Of a DNA stretch of 33,595 nucleotides, positions 9,391-19,620 are shown piece after piece. A model generated the notes under the pieces. The model saw nothing but the letters and a program-made list of their open reading frames with translations, did not search any database and was not told where the DNA came from. The stretch's first letter is position 1; every line of letters starts with the position of its first letter. A program made the position numbers and the translations under genes. This DNA comes from Cetobacterium sp. (lineage in GTDB: Bacteria > Fusobacteriota > Fusobacteriia > Fusobacteriales > Fusobacteriaceae): contig JBOFOP010000122.1 of the NCBI GenBank assembly GCA_051659465.1, forward strand, positions 1 to 33,595, given 5' to 3'.

Positions 9391-9420
9391 AAAGGACTCT
9401 AATTATTGGAGTCCTTTTTT
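9391..9420 (+). terminator. Intrinsic terminator
   Basis: AAAGGACTCTAA-tta-TTGGAGTCCTTT followed by a T run. Confidence 0.85.
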
Positions 9421-9426
9421 AATTCC

Positions 9427-9455
9427 TTGATAACCCTTAGAAAATTTGATATAAT
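9427..9455 (+). promoter_or_regulatory. sigma70 promoter of the SNF2 operon
   Basis: TTGATA (9427-9432), 17 bp spacer, TATAAT (9450-9455) with a TG extension. Confidence 0.7.
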
Positions 9456-9492
9456 ATACTTCAGAAAAAATTTATATATGAGGGAAAAGGGT

Positions 9493-12225
9493 ATGAAATC
9501 TAAATTAGAGAAAATGGAAGAGTCACTATTTTTTACTTTAACTTGTGACGAAGTAGGAACTTATGTTTCTTTAGTAGACAATAGGGGAAATGTAGTCCAT
9601 GATACTACAGAGTTTGAAATGAGTGACGAAAATGATTTGAAGATTATTGAGTTAATTAAAGAGATAAAGGATGATAGCTTTTTCTCTGGATGGGATAATG
9701 AAAAAAATGAACTATATATTGATGAAAATATAGAAATTTTAGATTATCTGAAAAATAGCAACAAAGTATTAACCGGGGAAATGAAGCCAATCAAGTGGGT
9801 CTTAGGCGGAAATAAAATTGTATTAAAGATTAATTTTGTAGAAGAGGGGTATGACCTTTGCGAAGGGAAACTTCTTTTAAATGGAGAGAAAAATTTTGTA
9901 ATAATCTCAGATAACTATGTTTTAAGTGATGATACGGTTTATCGTATAGATATTCCCAAAGATACTATTCATATTTTAAAAGAGATGGAATCTAAATTTA
10001 CAAAAAATGAATTAGAAAAATACTTAACTTTAGCTTATTCTTTTGGAAGTGGCATAGAGATTGAATTTTTAGATTATGAAGTAGTTTTAAACGGAAATAT
10101 GAAACCAACTCAAGAGTTAATAATAGAAAAAATATCTCAAGATAATAGTTTGTACTTAAAAATAGGAGCTTCTATTTCAACAATAGATTACGAATTTTTA
10201 AAAACACATTCGTTAGAGAATGCTTTAATCATAAAAGATGAGTTGAAAAGAGTTGAAGTAACTAAAATAGAATCAGCATATTTAGATGAAACAGTAGAAG
10301 AGATTGTAAAAACAATTGTGAAACATCAAAAAAACTTGAAAATAAAATCAAGTTTTTATGTAGATGAAAATTTTATAATATTACAAGAGAAGTTAGCAAG
10401 GGAGTTTGTGACTCAAGAGTTACTTCAATTAGCTGGGAAATATAAAGTTGTAGGAACTGATAATTTAAAAAAATATAGTGTGAAAGCAGTAAGGCCTAAA
10501 GTTGTAGGGAACTTCAAACACGGAATAGATTTTTTAGAGGGAGATGTTCATTTAGAGATAGAAGGAGAAAAGTTTTCCATAGTAGATGTTTTAAATAGCT
10601 TTAAAAAAGATTCTTATGTTGTATTAAGCGATGGAACAAATGCTCTTATAAATAGAAAATATATGGAAAAATTAGAGAGAGTATTTAAAGACAATGGAAA
10701 ATCAAATGTTAAAATATCATTTTTTGATTTACCAATTATAGATGATTTAATAGAAGATAAAGTTTTAGCAAATGAAATAAAAAAGACTAAAAGTTTCTAT
10801 AGAGGAATTAATCAAATAGAAAATTATGATGCTCAGGTACCTGAAATAAATGCAACTTTAAGAGAGTATCAAGAATATGGATATAAATGGTTAAGATATT
10901 TAATTGATAATAATTTAGGTGGATGTTTAGCAGATGACATGGGACTTGGTAAAACACTTCAAGCTATAACATTAATAACTAGTTTACATTTAGTTCCGAA
11001 AAGAAAAACAATTATAATTATGCCTAAAAGTTTAATATACAATTGGGAAAGTGAAATCAAAAGATTTAGTCCAAATTTAAAATGTGGGATTTATTATGGT
11101 AACTTCAGAGATAAATCAACACTTAGAAACACAGATGTTATAATAACAACCTATGGAACAATTAGAAATGACATTGAACATTTAAAAGAAATGAAGTTTG
11201 ATTTGATAGTTTTAGATGAATCACAAAATATAAAAAATGTAAATGCTCAAACAACAAAAGCTGTAATGCTTTTAGATTCTAAATATAGATTAGCCTTAAG
11301 TGGTACTCCAATTGAAAATAATTTAGGAGAGTTATATTCTTTATTCCGATTCTTAAACCCTTCAATGTTTGGAACATTGGATGAATTTAATTATCATTAT
11401 GCAAATCCAATTCAAAAAGAAAATGATAAAGAAGCTATAGAAGAGTTAAAAAAGAAAATATATCCATTTATACTTAGAAGAGTTAAAAAAGAAGTTTTAA
11501 AAGATTTACCAGATAAAATAGAGAAAACACTATTTATTGGAATGAATCCAGAGCAAAAGAGGCTCTATGAAGAAAGAAGAGCGTATTATTATGGCATGAT
11601 AAATAGTCAAATAAAAACTCAAGGATTGGGGAAAACTCAATTCTATATTTTGCAAGCACTAAATGAACTTAGACAATTGACAAGTTGTCCTGAAATGAAG
11701 AATCCAAATATAGTTTCAAGTAAAAGGGAAGTACTTATAAATAACGTTCAAGACGCTGTAGAGAACGGTCATAAGGTGTTGATATTTACAAATTATATAA
11801 AAAGTATTGAAAGTATTACGGGTGATTTAAGAAAAAGAGATATTAAATATCTTGAAATGACAGGAGCAACAAAAGACAGGCAAGGTTTAGTTGATTTATT
11901 CCAAAAGGATAAAAAATATAAAGTATTTGTAATGACATTAAAAACTGGTGGAGTAGGACTTAACTTAACTGCAGCAGATACAATATTTATTTATGATCCT
12001 TGGTGGAATAAAACAGTAGAAAATCAAGCCGTAGATAGAGCATATAGATTAGGACAAGATAGAACGGTATTCTCTTATAAATTAATATTAAAAGATACAA
12101 TAGAAGAAAAAATATTAAAACTACAGGAAAGTAAAAGTCAGCTATTAGATAATTTAATTTCTGATGAAGGTGCAACTTTAAAAACTTTAACTGAAAAAGA
12201 TATAGAGTTTATTCTTGGAGAATAG
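9493..12225 (+). CDS. SNF2/SWI2-family (SF2) ATPase
   Basis: LREYQ, LADDMGLGKT, LDESQ, SGTPIENN, LRRVK, GGVGLNL, DPWWN, QAVDRAYRLGQ. Start placed at ATG 9493 because the ORF-track start at 9406 lies inside the upstream terminator. Confidence 0.93.
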   Translation: MKSKLEKMEESLFFTLTCDEVGTYVSLVDNRGNVVHDTTEFEMSDENDLKIIELIKEIKDDSFFSGWDNEKNELYIDENIEILDYLKNSNKVLTGEMKPIKWVLGGNKIVLKINFVEEGYDLCEGKLLLNGEKNFVIISDNYVLSDDTVYRIDIPKDTIHILKEMESKFTKNELEKYLTLAYSFGSGIEIEFLDYEVVLNGNMKPTQELIIEKISQDNSLYLKIGASISTIDYEFLKTHSLENALIIKDELKRVEVTKIESAYLDETVEEIVKTIVKHQKNLKIKSSFYVDENFIILQEKLAREFVTQELLQLAGKYKVVGTDNLKKYSVKAVRPKVVGNFKHGIDFLEGDVHLEIEGEKFSIVDVLNSFKKDSYVVLSDGTNALINRKYMEKLERVFKDNGKSNVKISFFDLPIIDDLIEDKVLANEIKKTKSFYRGINQIENYDAQVPEINATLREYQEYGYKWLRYLIDNNLGGCLADDMGLGKTLQAITLITSLHLVPKRKTIIIMPKSLIYNWESEIKRFSPNLKCGIYYGNFRDKSTLRNTDVIITTYGTIRNDIEHLKEMKFDLIVLDESQNIKNVNAQTTKAVMLLDSKYRLALSGTPIENNLGELYSLFRFLNPSMFGTLDEFNYHYANPIQKENDKEAIEELKKKIYPFILRRVKKEVLKDLPDKIEKTLFIGMNPEQKRLYEERRAYYYGMINSQIKTQGLGKTQFYILQALNELRQLTSCPEMKNPNIVSSKREVLINNVQDAVENGHKVLIFTNYIKSIESITGDLRKRDIKYLEMTGATKDRQGLVDLFQKDKKYKVFVMTLKTGGVGLNLTAADTIFIYDPWWNKTVENQAVDRAYRLGQDRTVFSYKLILKDTIEEKILKLQESKSQLLDNLISDEGATLKTLTEKDIEFILGE

Positions 12226-12233
12226 GAGATGGT

Positions 12234-13994
12234 ATGGCAATAAGTAAAGATAGATTTAGAAAAGCGTTAAATGAAAGTTATTCAAAAGAGGTTCTTTTTA
12301 AAATTTTTAAAAAATATTTTTTAAATTGGATAGCGGACGGATACATAGGAAGTAATCTTGGATTGTTTGAAATATCATTAATATCTGAAACAACAAATAA
12401 GCAAACTTTTTTAGAATTAATGGAGCAAATGTATTCTAAAGAAGAATCGTTTAAAAGTATTTTTATATCATTACCAAAAGAAATCCAAGAAATATTTGAA
12501 AGTATAGCTTGGAAAGGAAAGTTTAAAATAAAAAATAGAGATTTATATCTAAAAGATGAAGAAGGATATAATATTAAATCTGAATTAAAAGATGAGTTTT
12601 TATTTTTTACTAAAAAAGGTGATCCTAAAAAAGGTGAATACTTAATTTTGAATAATGATATTGTAAGAGTTATGAGAAAATTTATGGATAAACCAAGAGA
12701 TTATTTTATTTATAAAAATAATGTTTGTCAATGTGAATTCAAAGAAAATAACGAAGAAAAAATTCAAGAGAATCTTAGAAAATATTATTCTTTCTTTAAA
12801 GATGGTAAGATGCAACTTTCAAGTAGTGGAAAATTATTGAAAGAATCTAAAAATAATATGAAAAAATATTGTAATATTCAAGAATATTACGAAGGTATTA
12901 AAGATTTAGAATTTTTAAAAACAGAAACTATGGGCTTATTTTTATTCTTATTTAAAGAAGAGTTTTTAAATGATGATTTTATTAGATCAAGCAATTTAAA
13001 AACTATAGTAAATGGTTTTTTAGATGGAAGTATAATAAAGAGTGAAGATAATACATATATAAGCCTTTATTTAAACTATCTAAAAGGAATTAAAAATGTT
13101 GGAAAGTCAAATGATGAAATAAAAAGAGGACTTGCAACGATAAAAAAGGTATTAACAGAATTTCCAGATGATGGATTTGTATCAATTGATAATATTATAA
13201 AGAGTATTCTTTATAGAGACGAATTTATAGAAATTATAGATTTAGAATCAGCTTTTGCTACGTTATATATAAATGAAGCTAATTATGAAAGAACTAAAAT
13301 TGTAGGATATGATAAATACTTAGCATATGTAGTAGAGCCATTTATAAAATCGATATTCTTTATTTTAGCATCTTTAGGAGTTTTAGAGATATGTTATGAA
13401 AAACCATCTTCAACAAATTCTCTATATTTAAAAAATGGATATCTAAGTAAATATGATGGAATTAAGTATGTTAAATTTACAGAATTAGGAAGATATATAT
13501 TTGATAGAGTTTCAACTTATGATTTTATTGTTTTAGAAGATGAAGGAAAGATAGTTTTAGATGAAGATAGATTAATTGTAACAGTAATTGGAGAAAGTCC
13601 TCTTAGAATGATGACTTTAGAAAAGCTAGGAAATAAAATAGCACCAAATAAATTTAAAATTTCAGAAGAAAGTTTAACAAAAGGACTGGATAGTTTAAAT
13701 GAAGTTCAAGGTAAAATTCAAGAGTTTAAAGAAAAAATAACAAATGATTTACCAGGAAACTGGAATAGATTTTTTGGAGAAGTTATGGAAAAAACTGAAT
13801 TAATAACACACATACCAGAATATAAAGTTTTAAGATTAAAGAATGATAAGGAATTGTTATCTGCTATCACAAAAGATAAAAGATTTAAAAGTTTAATTTT
13901 AAAAGGTGAAGATTTACATATAATGGTAAAAAAAGAGAATTTTGATAAAGTATCACTATTATTTAAAGAATATGGTTATTTTATAAATATATAA
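12234..13994 (+). CDS. Uncharacterised 586-aa protein; C-terminus resembles Helicase_C_3 (XPB N-terminal / Tfb2-like) plus a DRD/p8-like module
   Basis: Long ORF with an AGGAG RBS 8 bp after the SNF2 stop. C-terminal FKISEESLTKGL...LPGNW...VLRLKNDKELL...FKEYGYF recognised by eye. The CDS is solid; the domain call is tentative. Confidence 0.6.
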   Translation: MAISKDRFRKALNESYSKEVLFKIFKKYFLNWIADGYIGSNLGLFEISLISETTNKQTFLELMEQMYSKEESFKSIFISLPKEIQEIFESIAWKGKFKIKNRDLYLKDEEGYNIKSELKDEFLFFTKKGDPKKGEYLILNNDIVRVMRKFMDKPRDYFIYKNNVCQCEFKENNEEKIQENLRKYYSFFKDGKMQLSSSGKLLKESKNNMKKYCNIQEYYEGIKDLEFLKTETMGLFLFLFKEEFLNDDFIRSSNLKTIVNGFLDGSIIKSEDNTYISLYLNYLKGIKNVGKSNDEIKRGLATIKKVLTEFPDDGFVSIDNIIKSILYRDEFIEIIDLESAFATLYINEANYERTKIVGYDKYLAYVVEPFIKSIFFILASLGVLEICYEKPSSTNSLYLKNGYLSKYDGIKYVKFTELGRYIFDRVSTYDFIVLEDEGKIVLDEDRLIVTVIGESPLRMMTLEKLGNKIAPNKFKISEESLTKGLDSLNEVQGKIQEFKEKITNDLPGNWNRFFGEVMEKTELITHIPEYKVLRLKNDKELLSAITKDKRFKSLILKGEDLHIMVKKENFDKVSLLFKEYGYFINI

Positions 13995-14032
13995 AAAATA
14001 AGGTATAGCTAAGGCTGTACCTTATTTTTTTT
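13993..14032 (+). terminator. Intrinsic terminator closing the SNF2 operon
   Basis: AAAATAAGGTATAGC-TAAG-GCTGTACCTTATTTT followed by a T run. Confidence 0.88.
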
Positions 14033-14098
14033 AAACATATTTCAAGAGTTTAAAAATTATGATAGAATGAAGTATAATAGTTTTAGGAGGGTTATCTT

Positions 14099-14752
14099 AT
14101 GAAGAATGATTATTTTTATGAAGTTGAAAAAATATACGAAAGCATAAAAGATAAAATAGAGTTTAGACTGCAAGAGTTTAAAGAAGTGTGGCTCAATGGA
14201 AATAATAAAGATATATACTGTGAATTGGCATTTTGTATACTAACACCTCAATCAAAAGCTATAAGTGCATGGAAAGCTATTAGTGGTTTAAGGGATAGTG
14301 GAGTTCTTTTTACGGGAACAGAAGAAGAAATATTACCTTATTTAAATATAGTTCGTTTTAATAAAACTAAAGCTAAAAATTTATATCTTTTAAGAAAACT
14401 AATGACAAATGATAAAAATGAATTTATAACAAAAGATTTTTTTTCAAGTTTTGAATCTGTAGTTGAAATGAGAGAGTGGATTGTAAAAAACATAAGAGGA
14501 ATGTCTTACAAAGAAGCGAGTCATTTTTTAAGAAATGTTGGTTTTGGAGAAGAATTAGCAATATTAGATAGACATATTTTAAAAAATTTAGTGAGATTAG
14601 AAGTAATAGAGAGTATACCAAAAACAATCACCCCTAAACTGTACAAAGAAATAGAGCATAAAATGAGAATATATTCTAAAGAGGTTAAAATTTCTATGGC
14701 TAATATGGATTTAATATTATGGTATCTAGAAGCGAAAGATATATTTAAATAA
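14099..14752 (+). CDS. ogg: 8-oxoguanine DNA glycosylase/AP lyase, Ogg2 (archaeal/Thermotoga) type
   Basis: ELAFCILT, HhH GMSYKEASHFLRNVG, AILDRHI, DLILWY and a C-terminal Lys. Confidence 0.88.
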   Translation: MKNDYFYEVEKIYESIKDKIEFRLQEFKEVWLNGNNKDIYCELAFCILTPQSKAISAWKAISGLRDSGVLFTGTEEEILPYLNIVRFNKTKAKNLYLLRKLMTNDKNEFITKDFFSSFESVVEMREWIVKNIRGMSYKEASHFLRNVGFGEELAILDRHILKNLVRLEVIESIPKTITPKLYKEIEHKMRIYSKEVKISMANMDLILWYLEAKDIFK

Positions 14753-14771
14753 TCTATCCAGTAAAGAATTA

Positions 14772-14801
14772 TTGATAAAAGTTACAATATTATGGTATAA
14801 T
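14772..14801 (+). promoter_or_regulatory. sigma70 promoter of the miaB operon
   Basis: TTGATA (14772-14777), 18 bp spacer, TGgTATAAT (-10 at 14796-14801). Confidence 0.65.
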
Positions 14802-14848
14802 TTTTAACATGTTTAAGCAATAAACTGTTAAAAATTTGGAGGAGAAAA

Positions 14849-16159
14849 GTGAAAAATGCAGCAATTATAACATATGGTTGTCAGATGAATAGTAATGAAA
14901 GTGCAAAAATAAAAAAAATATTACAAAATATGGAATATAATATAACGAATGATATTTCAGAAGCTGATGCAGTATTTTTAAATACCTGTACAGTAAGAGA
15001 AGGAGCAGCAATTCAAATTTATGGGAAATTAGCAGAATTAAAAATTATAAAAGAAAAAAAAGGAATGATAATAGGTATAACAGGTTGTTTTGCTCAAGAG
15101 CAAGGAGAAGAACTAGCTAAAAAATTCCCAATAATTGATATAGTTATGGGAAATCAAAATATAGGTAAAATTCCAAACGCTATAGAAAAAATAGAATCTG
15201 GAGATTTTAAACATGTTATTTATACAGGAGAAGAGGATGAGTTACCTCCAAGACTAGATGCGGAATTTGATTCAAAAAAAACAGCATCAATAACAATAAC
15301 TTATGGTTGTAATAATTTCTGTACTTACTGTATTGTTCCTTATGTAAGAGGAAAAGAAAGATCAGTACCTATGGCTCAAATACTTGATGAAGTTAAAGGG
15401 TTTGTAGAAAAAGATTATAAAGAAATTATGTTGTTAGGACAAAATGTAAATTCTTATGGAAACGATTTTTCAACAAAAGAAAATTTTGCAACTTTATTAG
15501 AAGAGATTTGTAAAATAGAAGGAGATTTTTTAGTAAGATTTGTTTCGCCCCATCCAAAAGATTTTGGTGATGATGTTATTGAAGTTATAGCTAACAATGA
15601 AAAAATTGCCAGATCATTACATATTCCAGTTCAAGCAGGTTCAACAAAAATTTTAGAATTAATGAATAGAAAATATACTAAAGAAAAATATTTAGATTTA
15701 ATAAAAAAAATCAAAACAAAAATACCTGGAGTAGCTTTAACTACAGATATTATTGTAGGTTTCCCAAATGAAACTGAAGAGGATTTTTTAGATACATTAG
15801 ATTTAGTAGATAAGGTAAAATTTGATATAGCATTTATGTTTATGTATTCTTCTAGAGAAGGAACAGCTGCTGCACGAATGGATGGACAATTAGATCAAGA
15901 AGTAAAAAAGGAAAGATTGAAAAGACTAATAGACTTACAAAATTCAAAATCTAAAGAAACGAGTATTGTTTATCAAGATAAAATAGTAAGAGTTTTAGTT
16001 GATGGACCAAGTAAAAAAAATAAAGAGGTTTTAAGTGGAAGAACATCAACAAATAAAGTAGTAATATTTAATGGAATTAAAGAATTAGAAGGGACATTTG
16101 TTAATGTAAAAATCAACGAATGTAGAACGTGGTCTTTATATGGAGAGATTGTAAATTAA
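14849..16159 (+). CDS. miaB: tRNA-i6A37 methylthiotransferase
   Basis: [28 protein letters not shown]-terminal TRAM domain; GTG start. Confidence 0.95.
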   Translation: MKNAAIITYGCQMNSNESAKIKKILQNMEYNITNDISEADAVFLNTCTVREGAAIQIYGKLAELKIIKEKKGMIIGITGCFAQEQGEELAKKFPIIDIVMGNQNIGKIPNAIEKIESGDFKHVIYTGEEDELPPRLDAEFDSKKTASITITYGCNNFCTYCIVPYVRGKERSVPMAQILDEVKGFVEKDYKEIMLLGQNVNSYGNDFSTKENFATLLEEICKIEGDFLVRFVSPHPKDFGDDVIEVIANNEKIARSLHIPVQAGSTKILELMNRKYTKEKYLDLIKKIKTKIPGVALTTDIIVGFPNETEEDFLDTLDLVDKVKFDIAFMFMYSSREGTAAARMDGQLDQEVKKERLKRLIDLQNSKSKETSIVYQDKIVRVLVDGPSKKNKEVLSGRTSTNKVVIFNGIKELEGTFVNVKINECRTWSLYGEIVN

Positions 16160-16175
16160 AAAATCCGGAGGTTTT

Positions 16176-17423
16176 ATGGAGAGGTTGGAAAAGTTTTTAT
16201 TAAAAGATTTACAAGAAATGGCAAAGCAAATGGAAATAGATTATTCAAATAAATTAAAAAAAGCAGAATTGATAGATTTGATACTTAAATCTGTAGAAGC
16301 GAAGGAAGGAATATACTTAGCTTGGGGAAGTCTTGAAGTAATGGCTGATGGATACGGTTTCTTAAGAAATACAAATGTTGAAAAAGATGTATATGTTTCG
16401 GCATCGCAAATAAGAAAGTTTAAATTAAGAACTGAAGATTTTGTTGTAGGTGAAGTTAGAGAAGCTGTTCAAGGTGAAAATAACTATGGACTTAGAAAAG
16501 TTTTATTAATAAATAATGGTAGTATTCAAGATGCTGCTTCAAGAATACCTTTTGATGAATTAACACCTGCATATCCAACAGAATTTTTAAAGTTAGAAAC
16601 AGATTCTAAAAACATATCAGGAAGAATAATAGATTTAATAGCTCCAATAGGAAAAGGACAAAGAGGGCTAATTGTAGCACCACCTAAAGCTGGAAAAACA
16701 GTTTTAATCAGTAATATTGCAAATTCAATTATTCAAAATCACAAGGATATAGAGGTTTGGATACTGTTGATTGATGAAAGACCAGAAGAAGTTACTGATA
16801 TAAAGGAAACTGTAAAAGGAGCTCAGGTTTATGCTTCGACGTTTGATGATGATCCTAGAAATCATATAAAAGTTACAGAACTTCTTTTAGAAAGAGCAAA
16901 AAGAAAAATAGAAAATGGAGAAGATATTGTAATATTGATGGATTCTTTAACTAGATTAGCAAGAGCATATAATATTGTTATTCCATCAAGTGGAAAATTA
17001 ATATCAGGAGGAATAGATCCAACAGCTTTATACTATCCTAAAAAATTCTTTGGATCTGCAAGAAATATTAGAAACGGTGGAAGTTTAACTATTCTAGCAA
17101 CAGCATTAGTTGACACAGGTAGTAAAATGGATGATGTTATATATGAAGAGTTTAAAGGAACTGGAAATTTAGATATACATCTAGATAGAAATATAGCTGA
17201 ATTAAGAATCTATCCATCAATTGATATTCAAAGATCTGGAACTAGAAAAGAAGAACTATTAGTTGAAAAGAAAAAATTAGAAACAATTTGGGAGATAAGA
17301 AGGTATTTAACATCTTTAGACAAAGCTTCAGGAACTAGAAAACTAATAGATACAATCTCATCTACGGAGAGTAATGATAAGCTTATAGAAATGTATGCTA
17401 ATTCTTTAATAAGGGGGAAGTAG
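16176..17423 (+). CDS. rho: Transcription termination factor Rho
   Basis: [43 protein letters not shown]. Confidence 0.97.
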   Translation: MERLEKFLLKDLQEMAKQMEIDYSNKLKKAELIDLILKSVEAKEGIYLAWGSLEVMADGYGFLRNTNVEKDVYVSASQIRKFKLRTEDFVVGEVREAVQGENNYGLRKVLLINNGSIQDAASRIPFDELTPAYPTEFLKLETDSKNISGRIIDLIAPIGKGQRGLIVAPPKAGKTVLISNIANSIIQNHKDIEVWILLIDERPEEVTDIKETVKGAQVYASTFDDDPRNHIKVTELLLERAKRKIENGEDIVILMDSLTRLARAYNIVIPSSGKLISGGIDPTALYYPKKFFGSARNIRNGGSLTILATALVDTGSKMDDVIYEEFKGTGNLDIHLDRNIAELRIYPSIDIQRSGTRKEELLVEKKKLETIWEIRRYLTSLDKASGTRKLIDTISSTESNDKLIEMYANSLIRGK

Positions 17424-17424
17424 G

Positions 17425-18462
17425 TTGAAGGAAGTTTTTAAAATATTTTCTATAATTATACTGTCATTTATAACTATGTTGATAATGGTTTTTAAACCAT
17501 ATAAATCAGAAGTAGTAAATTTAAAAAAGTTTACTGAGTACTATTCAGATGATACAACTGTTGAAGACGGTGGAGGATTTGAACTTGTATCAGGAAATTT
17601 CTATACTTTTGAGAAAGAATATATAATTGAAAGTGAAGCTGTATTAGAAAATGAAAAGTTAGAAAATATAAAATTAGAAAATGTTAATTTGAAAAAGATT
17701 TATGAAATTCCAAAACTAGAAAATTATATAGTTTCAAATGGAGACACTTTATTAACAATAGCTGATAAAAATGGAGTGTCTTTAGAAATTTTAAAAGCCA
17801 ATAATCCAGGAATTTCAAATAGTTTAAAAGTTGGTCAAAAAATAAATGTAGTTAAAGATAATGGAGTATTTTATAAAGTTAAAAAAGGAGATTCACTTTT
17901 TAAAATAGCTTTAAACTATAAAGTTAACGTAGAGGATTTAAGAAAATATAATGATTTAAAAAATAACAATATCAGAGTTGGACAAGAATTATTTGTATTT
18001 AATCCTAGTCAAGATAGTTTAAAAAGACTTACTGTAAAAGGTGGAGCAAAAAAGAAACCAACTGTGATAAATCAAAAAAATTTTAGTATGCCTGTAAAGT
18101 GGGCAGGAGTTACAAGCCCTTATGGAAAAAGATTCCATCCAGTTTTAAAAAGATATATTCAACATGTTGGAATAGATATGAGGGCTAAATACGTTCCTTT
18201 GATGGCTTCAAAAGAGGGGACAATAGTTTTTGCTGGATATATGACAGGATACGGTAAAATTATAAAAATTAATCATGGAAATGGATATGAAACAAGATCT
18301 GCTCATTTAGAAAAAATGTATGTAAAAGTAGGAGACAAAGTAAATACAGGACAAGTTATTGGAAAAACAGGAATGTCTGGAAGAGTTACAGGGCCACATT
18401 TACATTTTGAAATAAGAAAAAATGGAGCAGCAAATAATCCGATGAACTATTTAGTTAGATAG
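17425..18462 (+). CDS. LysM x2 + M23 peptidoglycan endopeptidase
   Basis: N-terminal TM/signal; YIVSNGDTL and YKVKKGDSL LysM repeats; HVGID and HLHFE M23 motifs; TTG start. Confidence 0.9.
   Translation: MKEVFKIFSIIILSFITMLIMVFKPYKSEVVNLKKFTEYYSDDTTVEDGGGFELVSGNFYTFEKEYIIESEAVLENEKLENIKLENVNLKKIYEIPKLENYIVSNGDTLLTIADKNGVSLEILKANNPGISNSLKVGQKINVVKDNGVFYKVKKGDSLFKIALNYKVNVEDLRKYNDLKNNNIRVGQELFVFNPSQDSLKRLTVKGGAKKKPTVINQKNFSMPVKWAGVTSPYGKRFHPVLKRYIQHVGIDMRAKYVPLMASKEGTIVFAGYMTGYGKIIKINHGNGYETRSAHLEKMYVKVGDKVNTGQVIGKTGMSGRVTGPHLHFEIRKNGAANNPMNYLVR
17644..17688 (+). repeat. 3 x 15-bp imperfect in-frame tandem repeat
   Basis: TTAGAAAATGAAAAG / TTAGAAAATATAAAA / TTAGAAAATGTTAAT encoding LENEK-LENIK-LENVN. 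Confidence 0.7.
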
Positions 18463-18512
18463 CCATAGGTAATATTCCAGGGCTTTTTTAAGAGTATATA
18501 TGAGGTGAAAAT

Positions 18513-19562
18513 ATGAGAGAATCAAGGATTGTAAAAGTAGGATGTTTGTCTATAGGAGGGGGGAATAGCATAGTTATTCAATCTATGACAAATACTCCAA
18601 CAGCTGATGTAGATGCAACAGTTGCTCAAATAAAAAAACTTCAAGAAGAAGGGTGTCAATTAGTTAGAGTGACAGTAAATACAGAATTAGCAGCTAAAAA
18701 AATAAAAGAAATCAAAGAAAGAATAGACATTCCTTTAGTAGCAGATATACATTTTGACTATAGATTGGCATTGTTGGCGATTGAAAATGGAATTGATAAG
18801 CTTAGAATTAATCCTGGAAATATTGGGGATGATAAAAAAGTTGAAGAAGTTGTAAAAAAAGCTATAGAAAAAGGAATACCTATTAGAATAGGTGTAAATT
18901 CTGGCTCGTTAGAAAAAAGTATTTTAGAAAAGTATGGAAAACCAACAGCAGAAGGAATGGTGGAAAGTGCTCTATACCATATGAGACTTTTGGAAAAATT
19001 TAAATTTGAAAATATAATAATATCTTTAAAATCAAGTAATGTAAAAATGATGGTAGAAGCTTATAAAAAGTTGGCAAAACTATGTAATTATCCACTGCAT
19101 TTAGGAGTTACAGAAGCAGGAACAGCTTTTCAAGGAACGGTTAAATCAGCTATAGGTATAGGTTCTTTATTGGTTGATGGAATAGGAGATACTATAAGAG
19201 TTTCTTTAACCGAAGATCCTGTAGAAGAAATTAAAGTTGCAAAAGAAATTTTAAAAGTTTTAGGTTTAATAGAAGTTGGGGTCGAAATTATTTCATGTCC
19301 AACTTGTGGTAGAACAGAGATTGATTTAATAGGATTAGCTCATGAAGTTGAAAAAGAATTTCAAAAAATGGATAGAAAAATAAAAATAGCAGTAATGGGT
19401 TGTGTTGTAAACGGACCTGGAGAAGCAAAAGAAGCTGACTATGGAGTTGCTGGTGGAAAAGGTGTTGGTGTTCTATTTAAAAAAGGACAAATAGTAAAAA
19501 AAGTTGATGAAAAAAATATTTTAGAAGAGTTGAAAAAAATGATTTCAGAAGATTTTAATTAA
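18513..19562 (+). CDS. ispG: HMBPP synthase (GcpE)
   Basis: [44 protein letters not shown]. Confidence 0.97.
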   Translation: MRESRIVKVGCLSIGGGNSIVIQSMTNTPTADVDATVAQIKKLQEEGCQLVRVTVNTELAAKKIKEIKERIDIPLVADIHFDYRLALLAIENGIDKLRINPGNIGDDKKVEEVVKKAIEKGIPIRIGVNSGSLEKSILEKYGKPTAEGMVESALYHMRLLEKFKFENIIISLKSSNVKMMVEAYKKLAKLCNYPLHLGVTEAGTAFQGTVKSAIGIGSLLVDGIGDTIRVSLTEDPVEEIKVAKEILKVLGLIEVGVEIISCPTCGRTEIDLIGLAHEVEKEFQKMDRKIKIAVMGCVVNGPGEAKEADYGVAGGKGVGVLFKKGQIVKKVDEKNILEELKKMISEDFN

Positions 19563-19589
19563 AACTTTTTTAATGAAAAAACAGTCTAA
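19562..19589 (+). promoter_or_regulatory. Putative ECF (sigmaE-type) autoregulatory promoter
   Basis: AAACTT (19562-19567) and GTCTAA (19584-19589) directly upstream of the ECF gene. Confidence 0.6.
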
Positions 19590-19620
19590 ACTTAAAAGGC
19601 TAATATAACGAGGTATTTAA

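Noticed and set aside
9406-9492. N-terminal extensions from the ORF track (SNF2 here; also 2876, 20400, 20926, 23107, 27396, 29283)
   Set aside because: These upstream starts overlap terminators, promoters, RBSs or neighbouring genes; downstream starts fit better.
9493-13994. Assigning the SNF2 pair to a named defence system (DISARM, Zorya, BREX etc.)
   Set aside because: No methylase, nuclease, PLD, MotAB-like or other signature partner genes, and no mobility context.
18461-18489. Possible terminator between the M23 gene and ispG
   Set aside because: Only a short interrupted stem (AGCC...GGCT) before the T run; too weak to call.
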